Assembly (NCBI RefSeq): GCF_004010195.1 | Contig: NC_057752.1 | Location: forward strand, 8,732,612 to 8,752,463 | Source: Chiloscyllium plagiosum | Taxonomy: Eukaryota | Direction of reading: 5' to 3' | Length of the DNA stretch: 19,852 nt | Shown: piece by piece, positions 10,003 through 19,852 of the stretch | Position numbering within the stretch: position 1 is the stretch's first letter | Layout of the letters: each line of letters begins with the position of its first letter | Translations under genes and position numbers: made by a program | The notes under the pieces: model-generated | What the model was told of the DNA's origin: nothing | Seen by the model: the letters and a program-made list of their open reading frames with translations, nothing else | Databases searched by the model: none

Positions 10003-10378
10003 AATCATGAAAGCTTTAGACAGGGTAGATAGAGATAAGCTTTTTCCCCCAGGGTGAGGGGCTCAATAATGAGAGGTCACACTTTCAAGGTGAGAAGTGA
10101 AAAGTTTAAGGGGGATACACACGGCAAGTACTTTACAGAGGGTGGTGGGTGTTTGGAACACGTTGCTAGCAGAGGTGGTAGAGGCAAGCACGGTAGATTC
10201 ATTTAAGATGCATCTGGACAAATGCATGAGTAGCATGAGTAGGTGGGGAGCAGAGGGATACAAATACTTAGGAATTGGGTGACAGGTTTAGACAGTAGAT
10301 TTGAATCAGCTCAGGCTTGGAGGGCAGAAGGGCCTGTTCCTGGGCTGTAAATTTTCTTTGTTCTTCATTCTTTATTCT
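10003..10378 (+). mobile_element. CR1 LINE 3' end (continuation of 7472-8364)
   Basis: Resumes aatcatgaaagctttagacagggtagat; contains tttacagagggtggtgggtgtttggaac; tail of imperfect 7-mers ttctttg ttcttca ttcttta. Confidence 0.92.
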
Positions 10379-10472
10379 AGGTGGAGGGCATGGTTGGTGT
10401 TGCGGATGTGGGTGGGATGTGCCTGAACCAAGGGGGAGAGGATGGAGTTGAGGTAGGACATGATGAGTTCAG
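10379..10472 (-). mobile_element. Penelope-like element A, upstream continuation
   Basis: Minus strand reads ELIMSYLNSILSPLVQAHPTHIRNTNHALH, which joins in frame to LFSNFQFPGRQRVIFTMDVQSLYTSIP at 7461 and below once the CR1 is removed. AGGT is duplicated at 7458-7461 and 10379-10382. Confidence 0.8.
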
Positions 10473-10696
10473 AATAACTCTAGGCTGGTATCCTGTATCC
10501 AAGTCACCCTTTGTTTACATGTGCATAGTGGTTGACACTAGTCTAGCTACAAAGCCACCATTCAATGAGCAGAACCTATGATACTCCTGTTTCTGTCAGC
10601 CAGGGCTCCCTAATTTGGGGCTGTTTAAATCTGGTCCAATCAGGGAACTCCTATTCTAAGAGGCCCACCTGGCTGACCTTTTTACAAATACTTACA
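10473..10696 (-). repeat. Gypsy 3' LTR
   Basis: Shares ggctggtat, agtcaccctt, tgagcagaa, tctgtcagcca.ggctccct, tggtccaatcaggg and acctggctgacctt with 16813-17027. Ends ...taca, followed by tccctccc (PPT on minus). Confidence 0.85.
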
Positions 10697-11099
10697 TCCC
10701 TCCCACTAAGTCCAGGAATGTAGGCCTATTCTTTTTCTTGTAGTCTCTCCTTCAGAGTTTATGCACCAGCTCTGGTTCCTCGAACTGTCCCGATACGGAC
10801 AGCATGTACTGGACCATAGCCCGCCTCTTGCTCCCAGTGTCTTAAAAGAAATTCATCCACTTCTTCAGGTAGTAAAGGTGTTGAGGCTGTGACATTTGTC
10901 ATGTCCATTAGACTCAGGTTTCTTCATGCTAGATGGATGGGGAGAACCCATGGGTTCAGACAGCCTTTCCAGCTGTTCTGAGAAGCCTGGATATGTTTTA
11001 TTCCAGCCCCATTTGCGAATTTGCAGCTTTCATATGGTCCACATGTTTGTCCAAGTCTTCTCCATTAGCAACTCTGCTGGAGCCATCCTCATAATTGCA

Positions 11100-11780
11100 T
11101 AAAGGGTGGACCTATAATCAAATTGAAAGTGGGACAGTTTGGTATTGAGTAAGCTGTAGGTCATTTCTATAAGCCAGCCTTCAAAGTTTGAACTGCTCTT
11201 TCAACAAGACCATTGGATGGATGGATGGTATGGACTTGTCCTTATTAGGACAAATGCCATTCGACTTCAGGAAATACTAAAATATGCTGCTGGTAAATGG
11301 CCCATTGTCTGTGACCACCATTTCCAGGAGTCTGTGTATTGCAAAAGACAGTTTTTCTATCATCCCAGTATTTGATTAATGAACTTGATGCACATTCAGC
11401 CACAGAGTGGGTGTTCACAATGACCAAGAATTTTGAGCCCATGAAAAGGACCTGCATAGTCCACGTGTAACTGAATCCAGGGTTTAACTGGCCATTCTCA
11501 CAAAAGGGGGCAGAGAGCTGCTGGTGGGAACTTTTGTCCTTGTTGGCACTCTAGGCACTGCTCCACCAATTCGGCTATGCCTGCATCCAATCCTGGCCAT
11601 CAGACGTAACTTCTTGTCAACATCTTCATTTTGGACACCCCTGGATGACCCTGATAGGGTTTGACCAGTATCTTTGCTCAACACAATCACCCTCGCTCTC
11701 CATACTAAAATGCTGCCCTCCACAGTAATCTGGTCTCATTAGATCCAGAAAGATTTCCATTCTGGTTGTGATGACCTTTT
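11100..11780 (-). pseudogene. Gypsy integrase remnant
   Basis: GHPGVSKMKMLTRSYV*WPGLDAGIAELVEQCLECQQ (zinc-binding region), LHVDYAGPF/MGSKFLVIV, VTDNGPFTS, SPYHPS.SNGLVERAVQTLK, with frameshifts. Confidence 0.88.
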
Positions 11781-11878
11781 GTTTCCTGATTACCACCAGT
11801 TGTTTTACCAGGACCAGGTCTGTGCGTCCACAGTCAGTTATTGCTGTGGTTCTGTTCGCCGAGCTGGAAGTTTTTGTT

Positions 11879-11918
11879 GCAAACGTTTCGTCCCCTGTCT
11901 AGGTGACATCCTCAGTGC
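11879..11918 (-). ncRNA. Minimal hammerhead ribozyme motif (PLE-C left arm)
   Basis: Minus strand: gca CUGAGGA u gucaccu agac aggggac GAAAC GUU ugc. Confidence 0.8.
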
Positions 11919-12617
11919 TTGGGAGCCTCCTGTGAAGCGCTTCTGTGGTGTTTCCTCTGGCATTTATAGTGGCCTGTCCCTGCCGCTTCCGGTTGTCAGT
12001 TTCAGCTGTCCGCTGTAGTGGCCGGTATATTTGGTCCAGGTCGATGTGTTTGTTGATGGAGTTTGTGGATGAGTGCCATGCTTCTAGGAATTCCCTGGCT
12101 GTTCTTTGTTTGGCTTGAGACACAACAAACAGTGAGACAAAGTATCGTACCCCTGATAACAAGGAAAAGACAAACACATAACCTCAACACCAAGGAGAGG
12201 GAAGCACTAAAATCACTAAGAAACGATAAGAACATAATCATACTACCAGCAGACAAAGGCAGAATGACGGTCATTCTGGACAGAGCAGAATACACCCAAA
12301 AAGCACAACTACTTGCAGATACCAACACCTACCAAAAGTCGAATTCACGTTGCTTGTCGTCTAAGTCTGCGCAGACGACAAGCAACATGAATTCGACTGG
12401 GACAACACTACCATTATAGGGCAAGCCAAATAAAGAACAGCCAGGGAATTCCTAGAAACATGGCACTCATCCACAAACTCCATCAACAAACATCAACCTG
12501 GACCCAATATACCAGCCACTACAGCGGACAGCTGAAACTGACAACCGGAAGCGGCAGGGACAGGCCACTATAAATGCCGGAGGAAACACCACAGAAGCAC
12601 TTCACAGAGGCTCCCAA

Positions 12618-12657
12618 GCACTGAGGATGTCACCTCGACAGGGGACGAAACGTTTGC
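12618..12657 (+). ncRNA. Minimal hammerhead ribozyme motif (PLE-C right arm)
   Basis: gca CUGAGGA u gucaccu cgac aggggac GAAAC GUU ugc. Stem I gca/ugc, stem II 6 of 7 paired, palindromic AACGUU. Confidence 0.8.
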
Positions 12658-12849
12658 AACAAAAACTTCCAGCTCGGCGAACAGAACCACAGCAACGAGC
12701 ACCCGAGCTACAAATCTTCTCACAAACTTTGAAGTCAGTTATTGTCAGCAGTGACCGGAAGGGTATCCAGGGAGTTTAAAACCACAACAGTTTACCAGGG
12801 GAGGCACCACTGGTGGTGTATCTACCAGTAGCAGGCAGCTCAAGGCATC

Positions 12850-13257
12850 TGCATTGGCTACTTGGCCTCCCAGGCCAAGTATTCCAACTTGTAATTGTAC
12901 AGGCAGAATGACAGCCCAATGCTGAATCTGACCTGAAGCTATGGGTAGTACAGCCTTGTCCAGAGTAAGCCGAGCAGGGATTTATGGTCGGTTACTATTA
13001 CAAATTGACGTCTATAAAGGTATTGGTGGAACTTTCTCACACCAAAGATGACTGCCAAACCTTCCTTTTCAATCTGGGCATATTTGCACTCTGAACCAAC
13101 CAAAGTCCAGGAGGTACACTCTATCAGGCATTCCTCTCCATTTGGCCATCTGAGAGTCAACACTACCCTGATAACATACAGGGAGGCATCACATGTCAGC
13201 ACCATCTCTCACTTGGGATCGTAGTGGGCCTTACATGATAACTACTTGTTCACTTCC
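12850..13257 (-). pseudogene. Gypsy RNase H remnant
   Basis: ORF 12939-13205: VLTCDASLY...KYAQIEKEGLAVIFGVRKFHQYLYRRQFVIVTDHKSLLGLL. Confidence 0.92.
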
Positions 13258-13405
13258 ATATTCAAGAAGCATTTGGACGAATGCATGAATAGGAAAGGAA
13301 TAGAGGGATATGGATCCTGTAGGTGAAGGCAGTTTTAGCATGGAAGGGCAAAACATGGCACAAGCTTGGAGGACCCAAGGATCTGTTCCTGTGCTGTATT
13401 GTTCT
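13258..13405 (+). mobile_element. Short CR1 3'-end fragment inserted in Gypsy pol
   Basis: attcaagaagcatttggacgaatgcatgaataggaaaggaatagagggatatgg...ctgttcctgtgctgtattgttct parallels the other CR1 3' UTRs in the window. Confidence 0.85.
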
Positions 13406-14581
13406 GTCTTGGCTACAAGACCATTTCCAAGGCTGACCCTTTTTCAATAGCAGATGTAAGGGTAGAAACCAGGTTACAAATGAACTTTCCATAATTATTC
13501 ACCAATCCAAGGAAACACCGAAGATCTGGTCCAGACAAAAATCTTTGATCACCCTCACTTTCTTCCAATGGATGTAACCAGGATTTGTCAACTCTGTAGC
13601 CTATGTAGGTCACTTGGGATGCCTGAAACACACATTTTTCCCTTTAAAGTATACACCCGCCTGGGGGAAGTGTCTAAGGACGATTTCCAGGTTTCCCCAT
13701 GTACTCTTTATTGGTCCTCCCTGTTATTAGCAGATCATCCAGCTAAGTAACAAACTGCGGGAGACCTTATAAAACGTTCTCCATCTGATGAAAAATTGCA
13801 CAGGCTGGCCATACCCCAAACGGCAGTCTCTTATTGGTATAAACACTTATGGACATTAATTGTAGCATACTTCTAGGAATCCTCATCTATCCACAATCAT
13901 AGATATACATGGTTTGCGTCCAGCTTTGTAAAGACACCCCCCTCTCCAGTTTTGCACACAAGTCCTCTATGCGAGGCAGTGAATATTTATCCAGCTGCAA
14001 AAAGCAGTTTACCATTTGTTTAAAATCCCCACAAAGGTAAACCAACCAGTCAGGCTTCACAATCAGTCCAATCAATGCTGTACATCATTCAAACTGGCCT
14101 AGTTTGATGATTCCTTCACTTTCCAGTCTCCTGATGTCTGCCTCTACTTTTGCCCAGAAGGCAAATTGCACTCAGTAGGTCTTGCAGAATTGGGGAATTG
14201 TTTCCTGGTCAACATGTAAGGTAGCCTTGACTCCTTAGTCCCTAGACCTTCCTGAAAAAACCTCTGGGTATTTAATTTGCAGCCATTTTCTAATCAAAAA
14301 ATGTTTGGTGAATCAAGGTGAATGTTTCTCAGCCAATTTCACCCCATCAAGCTTGGACCAAAGCCTTTTACCATAAATCAGTGTGAACTGAACTAGTTGC
14401 TTCTCAAGAGACCAGAACTGAAGTTGTACCCTTACTCTGCAAAAGGTTCTCCAGTATATGTTCTTAGAATAGCCGACGTCTTATACAAACACAAGGGTTG
14501 GAGCCCAGAGTAAATTTTGTTAAAAACTGGTTCTGCAATCACTGAATCAGCTTCTCCATTATCAACCTCCATTAGAACCGC
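13406..14581 (-). pseudogene. Gypsy protease and reverse transcriptase remnant
   Basis: MEVDNGEADSVI (decayed D-T-G protease motif), LRTYTGEP, LCGDFKQMVNCFLQLDKYSLPRIEDL, a frameshifted YL-DDLLITG near 13720-13752, VTYIGYRVD, LRCFLGLVNNYGKFI, LLKKGQPWKWS. Confidence 0.88.
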
Positions 14582-14588
14582 AGATATC

Positions 14589-14840
14589 CATAGATACCCT
14601 ACAATGTGGAAGCTGGTCATTCGGCCCATTGAGTCCACATCAACCCTCTGAAGAGCCATCCTGCCCAGACCCCACCCTATCCCTAAAGCCCTGCATTTCC
14701 CATGGCTAATCTACTGCCTGCACATCCCTGGATATGAGCAATTTAGCATGGCCAATCCAACAAACCTGCACATCTTTGGCATATGGGAAGAAAACAGAGC
14801 ACACTGAGGAAACCCACATAAGACACCGGGAGAATGTGCA
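14589..14840 (-). mobile_element. HE1-like (V-SINE type) SINE lacking its tRNA-derived head
   Basis: Minus strand: tgcacattctcccggtgtct..gtgggtttcctcagtgtgctctg...ccaaagatgtgcagg...gattggccatgctaaattgc (V-domain-like core) and a CR1-like tail atgggccgaatgaccagcttccacattgtaggg. Confidence 0.85.
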
Positions 14841-15999
14841 GTGGTTGTGATGTATATGCATTTTAGCAAGGTGTTTGACAAGGTTCCCCATGGTAGGCTC
14901 ATTCAGAAAGTAAGGAGGCCTGGGATACAGGGAAATTTGTCTGGATACAGAATTGGCTAGCCCATAGAAGACAGAGGGTGGTAGTAGATGGAAAGTATTC
15001 AGTCTGAAGCTCAGTGACCAGTGGCGTTCCGCAGGGATCTGTTCTGGGACCTCTGCTCTTCGTGATTTTTGTGAATGACTTGGATGAGAAATTGGAAGGG
15101 TGGGTTAGTAAGTTTGCCGATGACACGAAGGTTGGTGGAGTTGTGGATAGTGTGGAGGGCTGTTGTAGGTTGGAATGGGACATTGACAGGATGCAGAGAT
15201 GGGCTGAGAAGTGGCAGATGGAGTTCGACCTGGAAAAGTGTGAAGTCATTCATTTGGGAAGGTCAAATTTGAATGCAGAATACAGGATTAAAGGCAGGAT
15301 TCTTGGCAGTGTGGAGGAACAGAGGGGTCCATGTCCATTGATCTCTCAAAGTTGCCACCCAAGTTGATACGGTTGTTAAGGCATATGGTGTGTTAGCCTT
15401 CATTAGCAGGGGGACAGGGGGAGTTTAAAAGCCAAGGAGGTTATGCTCCAGCTCTATAGAGCCCTGGTCAGACTACACATGGAATAGTGTGTTCAGTTCT
15501 GGTCACCTCAGGTAGGATATGGGTAGGATGTGGAGGCTTTAGAGAGGGTGCACAGGAGATTTACCAGGATACTGCCTGGACTGGAGGGCATGTCTTAAGA
15601 AATGTTGAGAGATAGGGCTTTGCTCATTTGGAGCAAAGGAGGATGACAGGTGACTTGATAGAGGTATACAAGATGACGAGAGGCATAGATAGAGTGGATA
15701 GCCAGAGACTTTTTCCCCAGGGCAGAAATGACGATCATGAGGGGGCACAATATTAAAAGGTGATTGGAAGAAGGTTTAGGGGAGATGTCAGAGGTAAATT
15801 ATTTACAGAGTGGTGGGTGTGTGAAATGCACTGCCAGCAGTGGTAGTCCAGTCAGATACTTTAGGGACGTTTAAATGACTCTTGGGTAGGCATCTGGAAG
15901 TTAGTACAATGAAGGGTATGTGGGTTAGTTTGATCTTAGGCACAGGATAAAAGGCACAACACTGAGGGCCAAAGGGCCTGTACTGATTCTGTTCTACAC
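14841..15999 (+). mobile_element. CR1 LINE 3' fragment (RT to 3' UTR)
   Basis: ORF 15014-15367: TSGVPQGSVLGPLLFVIFVNDLDE...KFADDTKVGG...WAEKWQMEF..KCEVIHLG. 3' end agggccaaagggcctgtact. Confidence 0.95.
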
Positions 16000-16014
16000 T
16001 AGCAGCAACTACAA

Positions 16015-16068
16015 TGGATTGCCAGACCTGCTGCACTTTTCTAGCAATTTGTTTTTCTTTGATTTTTA
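16015..16068 (+). mobile_element. Short Penelope-like pseudo-LTR 3'-end fragment
   Basis: ttgccagacctgctgcacttttctagcaatttgtttttc is similar to 4431-4510. Confidence 0.55.
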
Positions 16069-16069
16069 T

Positions 16070-16735
16070 GTCTGCCCAGACCCTGAAGAAAATGTTAACT
16101 GTTTGGCCGAGGCTTGGCTTTGTTCTGGGGTTTTGCTTTGGGCTGACCGAGAGTCCCTCTGTTCAGGCTATGTTCCTGAATGAGGCTGTGCAATTGCCTT
16201 CACTCAAGTGGTGTTCCCCAAGGTCAGTGTGACAAGGGTGTTCACTGCCATCAGTATACCCTGTAACTGATATGCTCCACTTGCCTTATTCTCCAGTGAT
16301 AAAGCCAGTTGAAGTGCCTGTTTGAAGTCCGGTTGGGCTTCAGCCATTAGGTGCTTTTTGCATAATAACATCGTTAATCCCATAGATCAAATGGGCTCTC
16401 AGCATCTCATTAAGGGTTAAACAAAGTCACATGCCCCTGCCAGTTATCTTGCTTCAAAAATCCCAATATGGATTCTCCTAGTTCTTGAAGTGCCAAGTCA
16501 AACAGGTAGTGTCTCAGAATTATGTGAGGCTTGGGGTCATAATATTCCTTAACTAAATCGGTCAACTCTTAGTGTCTGGCGCCTCAGGAAAAAAGTTAGG
16601 CTCCCTAATAACCGATAAAAGCTGTGGGTCCACAGGCCATGAGGAGAATTACTCAATTTTTTCATCTGCACTATGTCACTTGTCCAGAAAACAAACAACA
16701 CATTCTTTTCACATACTGGGCCCAAATAACAGCAT
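16070..16735 (-). pseudogene. Gypsy gag remnant
   Basis: Lies between the PBS and the protease. Fragments WAQYVKRM, CGPTAFIGY/SLTFFPEAPDTKS, DLVKEYYDPKPH, LMAEAQPDFKQALQLAL resemble Gypsy gag. Possible ATG at 16735. Confidence 0.7.
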
Positions 16736-16812
16736 GATGCCAGAAATGCTTACCCTAACTCAAAGATGATAGTTGAGTAAATTTCTTCACATGTGTGTTT
16801 GCCTTGTCACCA

Positions 16813-17027
16813 TCGGAAAAACCTCCAAAGGCTGGTATTCGGTCACTGAGTCACCCTTCATTTACACTTCGAGTCTTTGACATTGAGCTAGCTCTCAGTG
16901 AGCAGAATCTCTAACATTCCTGTTTATATCTGTCAGCCAAGGCTCCCTGATTGGCACTATTAATTTGGTCCAATCAGGGTACTCATTCTGTGAGGTCTAC
17001 CTGGCTGACCTTGTTACAATCACTACA
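16813..17027 (-). repeat. Gypsy 5' LTR
   Basis: Similar to 10473-10696. Minus strand begins TGTAGTG; PBS-like TGGTGACAAGG is adjacent at 16802-16812. Confidence 0.85.
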
Positions 17028-17129
17028 CAAGTGTTGCATTAGTATTTCTCATATGTAATAAATACTCTCAATTTGGTTCCTTTCAAAACACAACCATGTG
17101 GTCTGGGAGAAAGGCATCCTTTTTAAATT

Positions 17130-17875
17130 AATTAACCTTATTGCCACCAACTGAGGGACGAGGTAAATGAAGGAGAATCAGTTCCCTCTTCACCCAGGAG
17201 GGTAACAGCTTAGGGTAGTAGCAATGAGTGGAATAATCGAGTGTCTGGAAAGCAGAGGAAACAGACTGGATAAGGAAGAAATCTACAGGCCTAGATGAAA
17301 ATATATCCCAAGCTGGGTTGAGTGTGGCAGAGGAGAAGGTATCAACAGCCTTTGCAGTCATTTCCAAATCCTCTCTGGTCACTGAAATGCAGTGTCAGAG
17401 GAGTGAAGATTGTCAGAATTAAAAAGGGAATGAGTAGACCAGGAAGTGACAGGCCAGTCTAATTTTAATGGTGGGAGGTTATTGGAAAAAAATTCTGATA
17501 GACTATATCTGCAAAGACATTAATTAATTTGGGATAGTCAGTATGAATTTGTTGGTGGAAGGTAGAGTGGATGGGAAGGCACTTTTTCCATTAGAAGATG
17601 AAGTCAATAGCCAGCGGCCCTGGATTTAAGGTAACAGGTGGAAGGTCAGGAGGAGCATTGAAAAATTTTCTTCACTGAAGGTTGGGGAAGTTTGGAAGCA
17701 TCAGAAACTCTTCAAACATTTTAGTAGCATTAGATAGTAGCTTGCATTGCCATAACTTCCAGGGCTATAGAGCAAGAGTTAGTAATAGGGTAAGTGCAGT
17801 CACATCTTTGTTGACTAGCATGAGCATAATGAGCTGAAAGGCCCCCATTCTGTACATTAAATATCTAGGAGTCTA
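17130..17875 (+). mobile_element. Old, internally deleted CR1 LINE
   Basis: Decayed motifs aaatctacaggcctagatga (KS.G.D), gacaggccagtc, gatagtcagtatgaatttgtt (DSQ..F), then a jump to 3'-end-like actttttcca...tttaaggt...ttcttcact...gctgaaaggcc. Boundaries approximate. Confidence 0.7.
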
Positions 17876-18099
17876 CACAAGGCCACATTTAATGTGCACC
17901 ATATGTCAAAGAATATTTACACTATTTCAGCATGTTTCTTCAAAAGATTGTATTCTCTTGTCTACCATTACATTTATTGCAGCAGTGACATCCACAACTC
18001 AGGCAGAGGTAGTCTGCTGACTATTCTGGCCTTTTGATGGATGGCTTTGTCAAATGATTTAAAAGTCTCAAGAGCTAGTGAGTCCCAACAAACCAAGGG

Positions 18100-18711
18100 T
18101 CTCCTGCAGAGGTGGACCCCTACTTTGATCTGCTGAAAGTGATGGGGTTACTGGCAGAAGGAAGGTTGAATGAGACCATGACTGAAAGAGTGCTGAGCAG
18201 GGGCCTAGTCTCCAGCAGTCCTCAACTACTGCTTCCTCCATCTGCTGTGCATCATGCAGTTATGTGCTCACCAGATTGTGACCCTGAGCCTGTTCTAGAA
18301 GGTGCTCCACCAATACAAATGTCTGCACTGGTGGAAGGTACAATGAACTCCAAGCCAGCACATCCTCCGAATATAGAGACATCATCCTCGGATGGTGGAA
18401 CTGGAGTTAGAAGAGTGAGGCTGGGGAAGGCAGCAGACTCCTCTTTCCTACTATCCACTAGTACCTGGAGCAGAGTGGAGAAGATGAATATTTCTAGCAA
18501 TGAACACTCCCTTAACTAAATGATTTTCAAAGCTGCAGTGGACAACAGCAGACTGGAGACTTCCAGAGAGTCCCCTTGCTCCCCATCTGCACATGCATCA
18601 TGGTCCTCCCCTGCCAGTTCTGCAGCCACCTCTGGAAAAAAAAAGAGGGGAATTCAAATATCCAGTTTCCCTCAGTCTGGGACTGCTCCCTCCTATTGTG
18701 GACACTTGTCC
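18100..18711 (-). pseudogene. Probable decayed PIF/Harbinger-associated Myb/SANT-like gene fragment
   Basis: Minus strand has an acceptor-like ttgcttgtttgtag, then HNRREQSQTEG (cf. the ...xxTGGG segment after Myb/SANT-like domains), ELAGEDHDACADGE in another frame, and Ser/Thr-rich PSTSADI...GSGSQSGEHIT. Stops and frameshifts present. Assignment is from recalled similarity only. Confidence 0.45.
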
Positions 18712-19616
18712 TACAAACAAGCAAACAGAAGAGTGAACATAAGTACAACGTATGCATGAACACTTCATGAAATTGCAAAGCTATGCCAGGACTTGAGTCC
18801 TCCCCAGTAAGTGAGTAACAAGCTACACTGTTCTGCAACCAGTCTAACAGTGACAGCACAAGGTGATTGTCAGACTTCTGTTTACATTTCATATGGTGCT
18901 GAAGTTTGCAGGCAGTCATCTCATCTGACAGTAGGATTGTCTGGGTACCTTTCAAATATAGTACTCACACCTCCAACACCAGAACGTCCCAGTGGAGGAG
19001 AAAATTGATAGTCCCTTAAGATACCATACTGCTCATGCAACAACTTGCATATGTATGAGCAGAGAAATACATGATCCAAGAAAGGTCAATACATTCCCAA
19101 GCCAAAGTGACTTCTGCTTCCACAATTTGTACCAGACAGACAACATGATTAGGTGCCCAAGTTTGATTTTTACTCAAAACACTATTTCACAGCCTCTGGG
19201 AAGCTGTACTACCAACAAAATATACAGATGCATAACAAAGTCACTTCCCGAAACAATTAGGGCATATATGAATCTCAGTTCATTGTGATCATTGTAGTCA
19301 AATGCTTTTTCTAAAATTGACAGAAAACCTAGATCTCTCATTCTTTCACATGCCTGGTGTGGAGTAATTTTTAAAATTCGTGTATTTGTATAGAAAAAAA
19401 ATGACTGCACATAGCCCCATGGCAATAAAGTATTATTTTCAATGGCAAGTCAGCAGCTTGCTGTACTAGATTTTCCTTCAAGTAATTTTGCAAGCTGAAG
19501 TTACTCAACCTTACAGCAAGAACCAGCTTGGTCATGAGAATCTGTAATAGTTATGGATTTTTTTTAAGGTTATGTTTAGAGAGTGGAGCCTCCGTTTTAT
19601 ATCTCGATAGGTGTAG

Positions 19617-19852
19617 ATAAAGTTCGACATGTTGTGACATTGAACATTTCTTCTGACACGTCTAGACCCACTTTTTCCCATCAAAATTCCCACTCATCCA
19701 CCAGGGACTCCTTCTCCCGCCTCCAACACACCCCATCCACCTGGACACACCGTGGTGGACCTTTGACCTCTTCATTTCTAACTGCCGTTTTGACAGAGAC
19801 CGCCTCAACCTGTCCACCCCCCTCACCCACTCCAACCTCCCATACTCAACGT
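19617..19852 (+). mobile_element. Penelope-like element ORF fragment (pre-RT region), running off the window end
   Basis: DIEHFF*H, DSFSRLQHTPSTWT, FDLFISNCRFDRDRLNLSTPLTHSNL; C-rich composition like PLE-A. Confidence 0.7.

Larger units (their letters stand above)
11844..12732 (+). mobile_element. Penelope-like element C (Penelope/Poseidon-like), internally deleted, with an inverted 5' arm
   Basis: 12119-12337 reads NLNTKEREALKSLRNDKNIIILPADKGRMTVILD (PLE RT N-terminus). 12371 onward reads DDKQHEFDWDNTTIIGQAK*RTAREFLETWHS (GIY-YIG C-terminus). Arms 11841-12117 and 12422-12695 are reverse complements. TSD agtcagttattg at 11832-11843 and 12733-12744. Confidence 0.92.
6043..17027 (-). mobile_element. 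Degenerate Ty3/Gypsy LTR retrotransposon (gag-PR-RT-RNaseH-IN) carrying several nested insertions
   Basis: Two similar LTRs (~10473-10696 plus a detached tip at 6043-6053; ~16813-17027). On the minus strand a PBS-like TGGTGAC follows the right LTR and a PPT-like GGGAGGGA precedes the left LTR. Domain order is PR-RT-RH-IN. The 10473-17027 span is firm; the extension to 6043 rests on an 8-bp TSD. Confidence 0.85.

Noticed and set aside
18112..18759. Plus-strand ORFs of 135 and 79 aa
   Set aside because: No recognisable domain; probably antisense shadows of the minus-strand remnant.
1..19852. CRISPR array, rRNA, tRNA genes or a prokaryotic RT system (retron, DGR)
   Set aside because: No regularly spaced repeats or structural RNA genes were seen. 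All RT motifs fit eukaryotic CR1, PLE or Gypsy elements.

Overview
Repeat-saturated vertebrate genomic DNA, most likely from a cartilaginous fish (inferred from an HE1-type SINE and shark-like CR1 and Penelope-like families), with a 521-N assembly gap at 6231-6751. I see no intact host gene; the recognisable ORFs are broken transposon fragments. The window holds at least six CR1 LINE relics, two SINEs, a TA-inserting MITE, an old two-LTR Gypsy element (~6043-17027, minus), four larger Penelope-like element (PLE) copies plus two short PLE-end fragments, and a probable decayed PIF/Harbinger Myb/SANT-like gene. Four structures stand out. (1) A four-layer nest, Gypsy > PLE > CR1 > PLE, reconstructable from short target-site duplications (TSDs). 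(2) Two PLE insertions with long inverted pseudo-LTR arms (~480 and ~275 bp). (3) Five minimal hammerhead ribozyme motifs from three PLE families. (4) Fold-back or duplication scars at rearrangement junctions. These are unusual instances of known element classes; I found no support for a wholly new system. Family names come from recall of motifs, not database searches.
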